Source: Clostridia bacterium (GTDB lineage Bacteria > Bacillota > Clostridia > Oscillospirales > CAG-272). Taken from it: a stretch of 64,000 nucleotides of DNA. Made by a program: the position numbers and the translations under genes. The stretch spans positions 5,058-69,057 of the forward strand of contig JAFXJX010000058.1 in NCBI GenBank assembly GCA_017532025.1. The letters run 5' to 3'. Shown here one piece after another: positions 51,769 to 61,297 of the stretch; position 1 is the stretch's first letter; each line of letters begins with the position of its first letter. The notes under the pieces were generated by a model. The model had not been told where the DNA came from. It saw only the letters and a list, made by a program, of their open reading frames with translations, and ran no database searches.

Positions 51769-52452
51769 CTATACACGGTAGGCGGAAACGGCATAAAAGC
51801 GCCCCACCCGTTCAAAGCCCACACGACGGGCAATTTTGTTGGATTTCGTATTGGTGTTGCGACAACAGTAAGCAACCGTGGCACCCTGTTCCAAAAGATA
51901 CGCGGTGAGTGCCGCCACATTTGATTCGGCATACCTCTTACCACGGTATGCAACAGCAGTTTCCACCGTTACTTCAAGACAGTTTGTGTTTTCGAGCGTT
52001 TCATTTACCGTGGCAATCGAAACAACCTCGTCTTCACGAACCGTAACAAACGCAACAATGCTTTTGGCTAAAAGCTCCGAAAGTGCAAAGGTCGTGCGGT
52101 TGTTCACTTTTTCGGCAATCTCTTGTGTCAAAAGACAGGTGCTATCCTGAATCAAGGAAGTATCGATTGCTTCCCTGTCCTTGGCTTCGTAAGAATAATA
52201 ATACCGCGTTGCACCCTTTTTATCACGTGCATATCCGTGCGCTTCAATGTAATCATCAAGAGACGCCGAAAGGCTCGCAAGTGCCTTTTCGGTAAAATAC
52301 CGCCCTTGGAAATTCTTTTCAAACAAACGAGCTTCCTTACGAATCCCCGAGTAGATTTCAAAAGAAACTTCCCCACGGTATTCTTCCATCAAAAACGGTA
52401 CAATGGCAGGATACCCTGCGGCAAAAATCTTTTTGTCATTTTCAACTCTCAT
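51769..52452 (-). CDS. GNAT family acetyltransferase
   Basis: VET...YRGKRYA and N.KS.KIARRVGF C-terminal GNAT motifs. Confidence 0.8.
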   Translation of the reverse strand: MRVENDKKIFAAGYPAIVPFLMEEYRGEVSFEIYSGIRKEARLFEKNFQGRYFTEKALASLSASLDDYIEAHGYARDKKGATRYYYSYEAKDREAIDTSLIQDSTCLLTQEIAEKVNNRTTFALSELLAKSIVAFVTVREDEVVSIATVNETLENTNCLEVTVETAVAYRGKRYAESNVAALTAYLLEQGATVAYCCRNTNTKSNKIARRVGFERVGRFYAVSAYRV

Positions 52453-52555
52453 GGATATCCCCCCTCGTTACAGTATCAGTATAAACTATTTTGCTTGATA
52501 TTTCAAGTCAAAACAAGAAAAAGCCATCTCTTGTGAGATAGCTTTTTCGAATTAA

Positions 52556-55399
52556 TCACTGTTGGTCGTATCTGGGCAGCGCTGTTGCCACAATCTCGCC
52601 GTTTTCCACAACAAACTTGTATGTGTACTTGTGCGCGAAAAATTCTTGACTTGCATATTTCATCACCGACTCATACTTACCGGTGTTACCCACCTTGGCA
52701 TTGTAAGCCGACTGCGGGAAGATGGCAATATCCGCATCAATGACAGGATACAGGTTGTCAAGATAGTTAAAGCAGTGATGCGAAACCTGAACAACATCGC
52801 TCTTCAGGAAAGCTCTGGTGTGTATTGACAAAATTGCGCTTTCAGCAACACCGCTGATGTCGGCAAGAAGCATGATTGTCTTGCCGTCCATCGTGATTTT
52901 GAGAACGGTGGAAGTAGAGTTAAAGTCACCGATCTCGCTGGTACCGTTCGCCGCAACCGCATCCTCGTGTGTGTAAACCACTTCCATGGTAACACCCGCC
53001 AAGTTCAATACCTCGCCTGTGTGAAGCTTGTGATAAGGAACATTAGGAAAATATCTGTTAATGGTATTCTTCAAGGTAAAGGTATTGCTGTCGTAGCCAC
53101 TGCCAAGCACCTGATAGGACGGGAAATTGTAGGTAACCGACTGAAGATCGATCTTCGTTCTGTACTCGCCAATGAAATCGCTTGCCAAACGGACGTGGTC
53201 ACCGTGCGCGTGTGTGAAGTACCACATGGCAATTTCCACTTTTTCATCTTCAGGCGTGCCTGTAATTTCACGCAAAAACTTCATCAAACCGGCACGGGAA
53301 GCTCTTGTGGACTGTGTTTCGTGACCCGAGTCAACGATAATAACCTTGTTATCAGGCGTCTTGATGATGTACAGCATACCGCAGTTGATACTGCCCGATT
53401 CGGTATATTGAACAGGATCGTAACCTGCCTTGTTGTTTTCGGTATAGTTGATCGAATACTGATAGAATTCGGTCGTTTCGCCATCCTTCTTTCCGTAATC
53501 ATAGGTGATTTCGGAAAGAGGATCGCTTGAATTATCGGTAATCACTCTGGTTTCGCGGGATCTTCTGTTATAGTAGAGATACAGAAGCGAGCCAAACTTC
53601 GAATAGGTATAATAATCGTCGCCGTCAAGTGTTGTTTTGGAAACAAAAGCGAAGCCGTTCTCAGGAAGGCTTGCCACGTATGCTTCCAGCTTTTCCTTTG
53701 TGGTAGACGTGATCACCGTCATGTAGGAATCTTCTTCGGTAAAATCGGTACGGTCAGACATAAGACCGGGACCGCAGTTATACACAGCACTCACTTTGCC
53801 AAGCACCGAAAGATCGGGGAGCGACTCGATTGTCAAAGGCTCGGTGTGACCCTCTACTGTAACAGGTTCAAGATATACCGTACCGCTTACGGCATCGGTA
53901 ATTGTCAACTCAGCCGTGCCCCATACACCCACGGGAATATCGGTAATCACACAGCCGAAGAGGGCGCAACCCTGTGCCGCAAAATAGTTTTCACCACCTG
54001 CCCTGGCAGCACCGTAGAGTGCAAGATTACTGTTTTCTCCACCAAGCTTACCGCTGTAAGATTTGATCACGGAACCGACAAAATCCTTGAACTGAATCGA
54101 AACAGTTACCGAAGTGTCAAAATCGCAGTTGGTCACAATCACAAAACGGATGGCTTGCTTATCTCCGTCATCACGGATAGAAATGTACGCTTCGAATAAA
54201 TCATCTGTCTTCAAGGAGCTCACGGGAAGCCCGGTTGACTTGTCGATCGTACAAAGATCGTATTGATCATATTCCACGCCGCCGAGGGTAAAAGTCTTTT
54301 CAAACTGCAAAGAATCCGAAACATAGCTGTTTACCGCTTCCACGTCTGTGCTGCAAAGCTTGCCTGTTTTGGAAAAATCAACCGACGAAACGCAAGTCAG
54401 AACAGCGTCGTTGCCAAAACCGCAAAGTCCGCCAACTTTCTCAGCTTTGATCTCGCCGTAGTTTGCACAAGAAGTCATCTCTGCATGATCAAGAATACCG
54501 CCAACAATACCGCCCGCATTCACAAGCGCCGTCACAGCACTCTTATTGACGCAGTATTGAATTTCGTTAGAGCCTGAGCAGCTGATACCGAGAATACCGC
54601 CCACATAGTCCTGACCGTTTGTGATCTTGGAATCAACCGTGCCTGCGCTAAAACAGTTTTTCAAGTAAATTCCCGCCTGCGATTCATTTCCGAGAATACC
54701 GCCAATCCACGCGGTCCTTCCGGAAACACCGCCTGTCACGATAAGCTTGCCACCGAAATGACAACCTTCAAAGGTGATGGCACTGCCGTTTGGATTGCTC
54801 CAACCGACAATACCGCCGATGCCGGCATCATCGCCGATCCATTCCACCTCGTATTCACCGTGATACTGACAGTCGGTAAACGAGTTCTTGCCCTTGATGT
54901 ATCCAAAAAGACCACCTGCGTTGATGTTGGAAACCTTCGATTTGATGTTCACGTACGAAACAAGACCGATAGCGGTAGCACCCGAAGCGTTCAGCGCAAA
55001 GGATGCACTTTTTCTGGCGATATCATTGTTTGAAATCGCAGTCGCATCAATCTCACCGCGAAGGGTCAGGTTGGTAACCGTTCCGTTGAACTGTTGGAAG
55101 GGTGTTTTGTTAATACCCGAAATCGTTTTTCCGTTTCCGTCAAACACACCCTTGAATTCTTTTGTCAACATCGGAAGCTTGCCGTCCACGTCAATATCGT
55201 TCAGCAGTTTGATCGTACAGGAGTCCGAAACCGTCCCTACTTCTATGTCTGCAAAGAGCTTGGTCAACTGTGCGGCATTTTCAACCGTAATAACATCCGT
55301 TTCGGCTGTGTCCGCGCCAAATACTGCAAGTGAAAGCAGCATCGTAGCCAAGACAGCAATGATCACTGCCCAAACTGTCATACGAAACCATCTTTTCAT
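52556..55399 (-). CDS. Secreted GLUG-like repeat protein with C-terminal MBL-fold hydrolase (paralog 1)
   Basis: Signal peptide; FDGNGKTISG and GGI(V/L)G repeats; IVDSG, THAHGDH, FNSTS, LAD and VSHH motifs. Confidence 0.82.
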   Translation of the reverse strand: MKRWFRMTVWAVIIAVLATMLLSLAVFGADTAETDVITVENAAQLTKLFADIEVGTVSDSCTIKLLNDIDVDGKLPMLTKEFKGVFDGNGKTISGINKTPFQQFNGTVTNLTLRGEIDATAISNNDIARKSASFALNASGATAIGLVSYVNIKSKVSNINAGGLFGYIKGKNSFTDCQYHGEYEVEWIGDDAGIGGIVGWSNPNGSAITFEGCHFGGKLIVTGGVSGRTAWIGGILGNESQAGIYLKNCFSAGTVDSKITNGQDYVGGILGISCSGSNEIQYCVNKSAVTALVNAGGIVGGILDHAEMTSCANYGEIKAEKVGGLCGFGNDAVLTCVSSVDFSKTGKLCSTDVEAVNSYVSDSLQFEKTFTLGGVEYDQYDLCTIDKSTGLPVSSLKTDDLFEAYISIRDDGDKQAIRFVIVTNCDFDTSVTVSIQFKDFVGSVIKSYSGKLGGENSNLALYGAARAGGENYFAAQGCALFGCVITDIPVGVWGTAELTITDAVSGTVYLEPVTVEGHTEPLTIESLPDLSVLGKVSAVYNCGPGLMSDRTDFTEEDSYMTVITSTTKEKLEAYVASLPENGFAFVSKTTLDGDDYYTYSKFGSLLYLYYNRRSRETRVITDNSSDPLSEITYDYGKKDGETTEFYQYSINYTENNKAGYDPVQYTESGSINCGMLYIIKTPDNKVIIVDSGHETQSTRASRAGLMKFLREITGTPEDEKVEIAMWYFTHAHGDHVRLASDFIGEYRTKIDLQSVTYNFPSYQVLGSGYDSNTFTLKNTINRYFPNVPYHKLHTGEVLNLAGVTMEVVYTHEDAVAANGTSEIGDFNSTSTVLKITMDGKTIMLLADISGVAESAILSIHTRAFLKSDVVQVSHHCFNYLDNLYPVIDADIAIFPQSAYNAKVGNTGKYESVMKYASQEFFAHKYTYKFVVENGEIVATALPRYDQQ

Positions 55400-55449
55400 A
55401 TCATTTTTCGCCGAATTCCATCGGCTTCCCCTTTATAGAATGATAGTTA

Positions 55450-55479
55450 ATTATACCATAAAACAAGCTTTCTTGTCAA
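55450..55479 (-). promoter_or_regulatory. sigma-A promoter of paralog 1
   Basis: TTGACA-N18-TATAAT with TG extension. Confidence 0.7.
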
Positions 55480-55525
55480 TGAAAAAAGCTGAAACCGCTT
55501 TTAGCAGTTTCAGCTTTTTGTCAGA

Positions 55526-58387
55526 TTATTTTTGGTCGTATCTCGGGATCGCGGTTGACTTGATCACACCGTCTTCTACGGTAAACTTATAGGTCCACTT
55601 GTGTGCGAAATAGGTTTCGGTAGCATAATTCGTAGCTGACTTATACTGGTGAACGCAATCGCCCTTGGCTATTTTCTTCGACTGCGGGAACACAACGATC
55701 TGAGGCTGGATCATATCATACACTTTCTTGATATTGTTGTATCCGTGGTGAGCCGCCTGCATCAGATCACTCTTCATATATTCCGCGCTATGAAACTCAA
55801 CGATCGCATTTTCAGCACAGGTGAAAATATCACCGAGGATCATGAAGGTCTTTCCGTCTATGGTAAATCTGACTACGGTAGAAGTGGAGTTAAAGTCATC
55901 GATGATCTCTGTCTTACCGTTCGTTCCAACTCCATCCTCATGTGTATATATTACCTCTATACCAATGCCGCCCAAACTAAACGCTTCACCTGTATGAAGT
56001 TTGTGGTACAGTACGTCGGGGTAAAGTCTGTTGATCGTTTCCTTCAAAGTAAATGTGTTGCCGTCGTATTCAATCGGAATCACCTGATACGAGGGGAAAT
56101 TGAAGATAACCGATTCCAGCTCGATCTGTCTACTGTATGTCGAAAGGATATCACGTGCCGCAGCTACGTGGTCTCCGTGTGCGTGCGTGAAGAACCATGT
56201 AGCAATTTTCACCTTTTCGTTTTCAGGTGTTCCTGTGATTTCGTGCAGGAAGCTCATAAGATGCTTCTTGGCAAGAGCAGACAGCTGCGAAGAGAAGCCG
56301 CCATCGATCATAATGATCTTGTTATCAGCAGCCTTGAGAATATACATCATGCCGCAGTTCATGCCGCCGCTTTCCGTATATGTAACCGGATCAAAACCTT
56401 TCTGATCATTCATGGTATAGTTGATCGAATACTGATAGAACTCTGCCTTTTCGCCTTCCTTGGGAATGTAATCGTACGAAATTTTCTGGAGCGAATCACT
56501 CGAATTGTCGACGATCACACGGATCTCATTCACACGGTGGCTGTAATAGATATACACATACGAACCGTATTTGGCATAGGTGTAATAGTCGTCTCCGTCA
56601 AATGTTGTCTTGGAAACAAAGGTGAAGCCGGCAGCCGAAAGGCCTTCGACATATTTTTCAAACTTTTCTTTCGATGTATTGGAGATTACCTTCAGGAAGG
56701 AATCCTCCTCGGTATAGCCACCCTGATCGGACATAAGACCGGGACCGCAGTTATAGGCTTCGCTGACAGTGCCAAGAGCAGAAAGATCGGGAAGCGATTC
56801 GATTTTCAAATACTCTTTATAGCCATCGATTTTAACCGGCTCGAGGTACTCAGTGCCGTTTGCGGTATCGGTAACCGTCAATTCCACTTCACCCCAAACG
56901 CCCTTAGGAACATCCGTGATCACACAGCCAAACAATGCAAAACCTTCTGCCGCAAAGTAGTTCTCTCCGCTTGCCGCAACAGAAGAATAGAGCGTCAGAT
57001 CACTGTTTTGGGGAGCAAGCTTACCCGTATAGGTCTTGAGCACTTTATTACCATAATCCTTAAACTTTACCGAAAGCGTTATGGATGAAGATTGACAAGT
57101 ACCGTTTGTTGCAATCACAAAACGGAACGCCTCTGTAGCACCGTCATCACGAACCGAAACAAAAGCTTCAAACATTTTGGTTGTTTTCAGCGTATGGATC
57201 AAACGTCCGGTTTCTTTCTCGATGGTACCAACATTGTATACCTCGTATTCAAGATTACCCAGCGTAAAGGTTCTTTCCAAGCTAACATCTTTGGAGGTAA
57301 AACTGCTGTTGCTTACAAAATCGGTACTGCAGATCTTGTTGTCAGCCTCGGAGAAATCGTAGGAAGAGAAGCAGGTAAACGTATAACCTTTTCCGCTGCC
57401 GCAGAATTCACCCACATTGGCAGCCTTTACATCTCCGTGATTGGTGCAGCTCGTAATCTTGCTGTTTGCGGCAACACCGCCGAGAATACCGCCGGCATTC
57501 TTTACCGCTGTAACAGTGCTCTTGTTGGAGCAAAATTCAATTGTATTCTGATTGGTTTGGCTGATTCCGAAAATACCGCCGACAAAATCGTCCCCTGCTG
57601 CAACCGAAGAGGTGATCGTGCCGTTGCTGACACAGTCTCTCAAAGCAGCCGATGCACTTGCACTTTGTCCGAGAATACCGCCAACTAAAATCTTTGTGTT
57701 GTTAGCGCCGCCGGTAACCTCGATCTTGCCGCCAAAATAACATCTGTTAACCAAAAGGGTAAGTCCTTCAGGCTTGTAAAAACCGAGAATACCGCCAACA
57801 GCGCCATTTGCCTGACCCCAATCGACTTTGCATTCGCCATAGTATGCGCAGTTTTCAAAAGTACCCTTTCCCAAAGCAGAACCGACAATGCCGCCTACAT
57901 ACCAAACGTCAGATTTCACATCGAGGTCAACGTACGAGACAACATTCGTCAGGGTTGCTTGATATGCATTCAGTGCAAAAGACGCCGCTTTGGGCTGTTT
58001 GTCAGTACCCTGTTCGGCAGTTGTATCAATCTTACCGCGAAGGGTCAGATTCTTTGCCGTACCGTTAAAGTTCAAAAAGAGCGGATTGGAAATGCCCGAA
58101 ATGGTTTTGCCGTTACCGTCAAACACACCGGTAAAGGACTTTTTCACCATCGGGAGCTTTCCGTCCACATCGACATCGTTTGCCAATTTGATTTTGGCAG
58201 ATACAGGAACCGATGTACCGATATGCTCAAACAGCCATATCAATTCTTCCGCGTTTTCCGCGGTATAAACATCGTCCACGGGTGTTACCGATGCCGTACT
58301 CGCACCGAATACCGTCACAGAAAGCAGCAACATGGCAAGGATAGCAACCGCAACTGCCATAACTGTAAGTCGTAACTTTGTTTTCAT
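55526..58387 (-). CDS. Secreted GLUG-like repeat protein with C-terminal MBL-fold hydrolase (paralog 2)
   Basis: Colinear with paralog 1 over its full length; IDGG, THAHGDH, LGD and AAHHG motifs. Confidence 0.82.
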   Translation of the reverse strand: MKTKLRLTVMAVAVAILAMLLLSVTVFGASTASVTPVDDVYTAENAEELIWLFEHIGTSVPVSAKIKLANDVDVDGKLPMVKKSFTGVFDGNGKTISGISNPLFLNFNGTAKNLTLRGKIDTTAEQGTDKQPKAASFALNAYQATLTNVVSYVDLDVKSDVWYVGGIVGSALGKGTFENCAYYGECKVDWGQANGAVGGILGFYKPEGLTLLVNRCYFGGKIEVTGGANNTKILVGGILGQSASASAALRDCVSNGTITSSVAAGDDFVGGIFGISQTNQNTIEFCSNKSTVTAVKNAGGILGGVAANSKITSCTNHGDVKAANVGEFCGSGKGYTFTCFSSYDFSEADNKICSTDFVSNSSFTSKDVSLERTFTLGNLEYEVYNVGTIEKETGRLIHTLKTTKMFEAFVSVRDDGATEAFRFVIATNGTCQSSSITLSVKFKDYGNKVLKTYTGKLAPQNSDLTLYSSVAASGENYFAAEGFALFGCVITDVPKGVWGEVELTVTDTANGTEYLEPVKIDGYKEYLKIESLPDLSALGTVSEAYNCGPGLMSDQGGYTEEDSFLKVISNTSKEKFEKYVEGLSAAGFTFVSKTTFDGDDYYTYAKYGSYVYIYYSHRVNEIRVIVDNSSDSLQKISYDYIPKEGEKAEFYQYSINYTMNDQKGFDPVTYTESGGMNCGMMYILKAADNKIIMIDGGFSSQLSALAKKHLMSFLHEITGTPENEKVKIATWFFTHAHGDHVAAARDILSTYSRQIELESVIFNFPSYQVIPIEYDGNTFTLKETINRLYPDVLYHKLHTGEAFSLGGIGIEVIYTHEDGVGTNGKTEIIDDFNSTSTVVRFTIDGKTFMILGDIFTCAENAIVEFHSAEYMKSDLMQAAHHGYNNIKKVYDMIQPQIVVFPQSKKIAKGDCVHQYKSATNYATETYFAHKWTYKFTVEDGVIKSTAIPRYDQK

Positions 58388-58439
58388 AGTGTTGTCTTTA
58401 GCCGAAAAATTCGGCCTCCTCCTTAATCAAGTATGGTTA

Positions 58440-58469
58440 ATTATAACATATTCCCTACCCTTTTGTCAA
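58440..58469 (-). promoter_or_regulatory. sigma-A promoter of paralog 2
   Basis: TTGACA-N18-TATAAT with TG extension; same layout as paralog 1. Confidence 0.7.
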
Positions 58470-58531
58470 TACAACAATATCACAATCAACAAAAAAAACC
58501 GAAACCGCAAGAGCAGTTCCGTTTTTTCGGA

Positions 58532-58846
58532 TTACGGGTTTTGACAAACCTCATAGCGTGCGTAGAGAAGCAAAACGGTCGCAACACCCGTTGGCATGAT
58601 CACATCGTGATCAAAATAATCTTTATCCCAGAAATCGGTGCCAGGCGCGCAGAAGCCGACCAACATACCAGGATTTGAAAATCGGATTGCGCTTCATACC
58701 ATTATTATCAAACATAAGCGATCTTGCCGCCGTTGCCGTTGTTTTCAACTCGGCCTTGTAGCGCGCATCTCCCATGATCTCGTAAAGAAGCGCTGCGGTG
58801 GAGATCATCGTACCTTGGTCGTAAGCGGGTCGGCACGGGTCAAGAT
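58532..58846 (-). pseudogene. Remnant of a GH76-like (alpha-1,6-mannanase) gene, C-terminal part
   Basis: Translates as NLDPCRPAYDQGTMISTAALLYEIMGDARY, matching GH76 YNQG..I....LLY..TGD..Y. It has no start or RBS and an internal frame break. Confidence 0.6.
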
Positions 58847-58876
58847 TTGAAATCCTTTTTATTTTTCAAAAAAAGA

Positions 58877-58905
58877 TTGAAATTTCGACAAAAGTATGCT
58901 ATACT
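58877..58905 (+). promoter_or_regulatory. sigma-A promoter of hpt
   Basis: TTGAAA-N17-TATACT with TG extension. Confidence 0.7.
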
Positions 58906-58948
58906 GCAACTAATGTGTAAAGTTAGAAAAGAAAGGCAGATTCAAACC

Positions 58949-59506
58949 ATGACTCCTAACGTTTCCCTTGATGCATATCAGAACAAAATCAAACGCATTT
59001 TGATCACAGAAGAAGAGATCAAAGCCGCCATCAAAGAAGCCGCCAAGCGCATCGACGCGCTGTATGACGGCAGACCCATCCTGCTTGTCAGTGTGCTCAA
59101 AGGCTCTTTTGTATTTGCCTCGGATATTTGCCGTGCCGTTACTGTTCCTTGCGAGATCGATTTTATGTGTGTTAAAAGCTATTTTTCGGGCACAGTTTCT
59201 ACCGGTAACATCAAAATTGTTATGGACTTAAACCGCGACGTTTCGAACTATCACGTTGTCATCGTGGAGGATATCATCGATACCGGCAGAACCCTTTCGG
59301 AGATCATCAAGCTTTTAAAGAGCAGAAATCCCCTCTCCTTCACTTTGATCGCACTTCTTGACAAGCCCGACCGCCGTATCGTTCCGGTTAACGTTGACTA
59401 TACCTGCTTTACCATTCCCGATCATTTCGTCATCGGCTACGGTCTTGACTGTGCAGAACTTTACCGCAACCTTCCCTACATAGCGGAGTATAATACAGAA
59501 GAATAA
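58949..59506 (+). CDS. hpt: Hypoxanthine phosphoribosyltransferase
   Basis: VLKGSFVF, VIVEDIIDTGRTL, LLDKP and FVIGYGLD..ELYRNLPYI motifs. Confidence 0.96.
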   Translation: MTPNVSLDAYQNKIKRILITEEEIKAAIKEAAKRIDALYDGRPILLVSVLKGSFVFASDICRAVTVPCEIDFMCVKSYFSGTVSTGNIKIVMDLNRDVSNYHVVIVEDIIDTGRTLSEIIKLLKSRNPLSFTLIALLDKPDRRIVPVNVDYTCFTIPDHFVIGYGLDCAELYRNLPYIAEYNTEE

Positions 59507-59513
59507 AAAAGTG

Positions 59514-59540
59514 TCCCGACAGCTTTGCTGTCGGGATTTT
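59514..59540. terminator. Bidirectional terminator
   Basis: TCCCGACAGC-TTT-GCTGTCGGGA flanked by A and T tracts. Confidence 0.8.
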
Positions 59541-59555
59541 CTGTATATTTTGTCT

Positions 59556-59893
59556 TCAATCGTTTTCACTGAGGATTCTTTTTTTAAGTTGTTTTTGTTT
59601 TTTTCCACGGTACATTGTTCAGCATACGTGTTTTCCGAATGACAGTTTGGACACAGGTAAGTATAACTTGATTCATAATAGGAAGTCATTCCAATGGGGG
59701 TACCTCTCATTCCCGGCATACTGTTTGAAAAATCCTTATCACCTTTGTTCACAAGTCTGGTGTTCTTTTTAATTGTAAGCTTTGTACCGCAATGCTGACA
59801 ATACATTTTCTTAAAGATCATCCCCACATCAATCTTGGACTTATGACCTCGCCATCCCACAGTATCCACCTCTCTTTGTATATCGTTAACCAA
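59556..59893 (-). CDS. Small zinc-ribbon hypothetical protein; 3' end probably frameshifted
   Basis: CQHC...CPNC. As written the ORF runs through a terminator into hpt; a -1 shift in the A7 run gives KKQKQLKKRILSEND* ending at 59556. Confidence 0.55.
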
Positions 59894-59897
59894 GCGT

Positions 59898-60650
59898 TCA
59901 TCCTAACAGCACATCGGTCACAAGCATCAGGCAAAAGCCCACTAAAAGCGCATAGGTTGCACCGCGTTCATGTCCGTGCGCGTGCGTTTCGGGAATCATT
60001 TCATCGCTGATCACATACAGCATCGTGCCGCCCGCAAAGGCAAGCGCAAAGGGCAAAATCACCTCAGCAACCGAGACGGCAAAATAACCGATCAATGTAC
60101 CAACCACTTCAAAAAGACCAGTGATCGCGGCAATCACAAAGGTACGCCTCGGTTTGATCCCCGAAGCGAGCATCGGACCGATAATGACCATCCCCTCAGG
60201 AATGTTCTGCAGAGCAATACCGCCTGCGATCATAAACGCCTGTGTGTTGTCGCCCGATCCAAAGCCGACGCCTGCGGCAATACCTTCGGGAAAATTGTGT
60301 ATCGCAATCGCCGTTACAAACAATAAAATGCGGCTGATGTCGGCATTGTTGTGTGCTTCTATGTCAGTGCCCGCCATCTTGTGCAGATGCGGCACAATCT
60401 TGTCGATCACGCTGAGGAAAACAGCACCCGCGAAAATACCAAGTATTGTAATCACAAGCGCAAACTTTCCGCCGTATTCAAGTGAAGGCAAAATCAATCC
60501 CAGCACCGCGGCGGCAAGCATGACCCCTGCCGCAAAGGATAGCACAATATCCGAAAATCGGTGCGATAGCTTTTGAAAAGCAAAGCCGAGGAGCGCACCC
60601 ACAACGGTCGCGCCGCCAACACCGAGAGCTGTCAGTAAAACCTCTTTCAT
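59898..60650 (-). CDS. ZIP family metal transporter (ZupT/GufA-like)
   Basis: FAAGVML, AIAIHNFPEG, IALQNIPEG and EMIPETH motifs. Confidence 0.93.
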   Translation of the reverse strand: MKEVLLTALGVGGATVVGALLGFAFQKLSHRFSDIVLSFAAGVMLAAAVLGLILPSLEYGGKFALVITILGIFAGAVFLSVIDKIVPHLHKMAGTDIEAHNNADISRILLFVTAIAIHNFPEGIAAGVGFGSGDNTQAFMIAGGIALQNIPEGMVIIGPMLASGIKPRRTFVIAAITGLFEVVGTLIGYFAVSVAEVILPFALAFAGGTMLYVISDEMIPETHAHGHERGATYALLVGFCLMLVTDVLLG

Positions 60651-60671
60651 AGCCGTGTCCTTTCTTCAAAA

Positions 60672-60714
60672 AATCTCACAGAAATCCCACGTGCGTGGTG
60701 TTTCTGTGAGATTT
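60672..60714 (-). terminator. Terminator after rubredoxin
   Basis: AAATCTCACAGAAA...TTTCTGTGAGATTT inverted repeat. Confidence 0.7.
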
Positions 60715-60720
60715 CATTCG

Positions 60721-60879
60721 TTATTCAGCTTCTTTGATCATATCCTTGCCAACACCGCAAAGGGGGCATTCGAAATCATCGGGAAGATCTTCAAACTTGG
60801 TACCGGGCGCAATGCCGTTATCGGGATCGCCGACTTCTTCATCGTATTCCCAGCCGCAAACTTCACATACGTATTTCAT
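60721..60879 (-). CDS. rd: Rubredoxin
   Basis: Not in the ORF track (52 aa): [52 protein letters not shown]; AAGGAG RBS. Confidence 0.97.
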   Translation of the reverse strand: MKYVCEVCGWEYDEEVGDPDNGIAPGTKFEDLPDDFECPLCGVGKDMIKEAE

Positions 60880-60897
60880 AATCATAATCTCCTTTTA

Positions 60898-61281
60898 TTA
60901 CAGTTCAGTTTTCCAAAGACCGTGCAGGTTGCAATAAGCGTAAACTGCAACAGGGGTTTCTTCGCAGAGTGCAAAGGTCACCTCGGGTGCAGCACCGGCT
61001 GTCAGGTTCTTGCGCTGACCGCCGCGGTCTGTCTGCAGATAGACCCAAGTGATCAGATGCTCTTCGGTCATGGGGTGCGCCACCGAGCCGATCGCCACCT
61101 TAACAAGGTTGCCCTCAACTGTTACAACCGGAACATGCTTTTCGTGGCTGGCGTCAACAACGCCGGCTTCCAAGCGTGTCATCTTCTTGCCGCAGCACAT
61201 CATGGGAACGCGTGCATCATTGATCACGCCCACCATATTGCCGCAGTGTTCACAGTAAAAAAACTTCATTTCGTTCATCAT
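60898..61281 (-). CDS. dfx: Desulfoferrodoxin (2Fe superoxide reductase)
   Basis: CEHC...CCG desulforedoxin domain; EKHVP, HPM.EEH.I and CNLHGLW motifs. Confidence 0.95.
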   Translation of the reverse strand: MMNEMKFFYCEHCGNMVGVINDARVPMMCCGKKMTRLEAGVVDASHEKHVPVVTVEGNLVKVAIGSVAHPMTEEHLITWVYLQTDRGGQRKNLTAGAAPEVTFALCEETPVAVYAYCNLHGLWKTEL

Positions 61282-61297
61282 AAACCTCCAAATTTAT

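Noticed and set aside
55649-57088. 479-aa plus-strand ORF
   Set aside because: Antisense shadow of MBL paralog 2.
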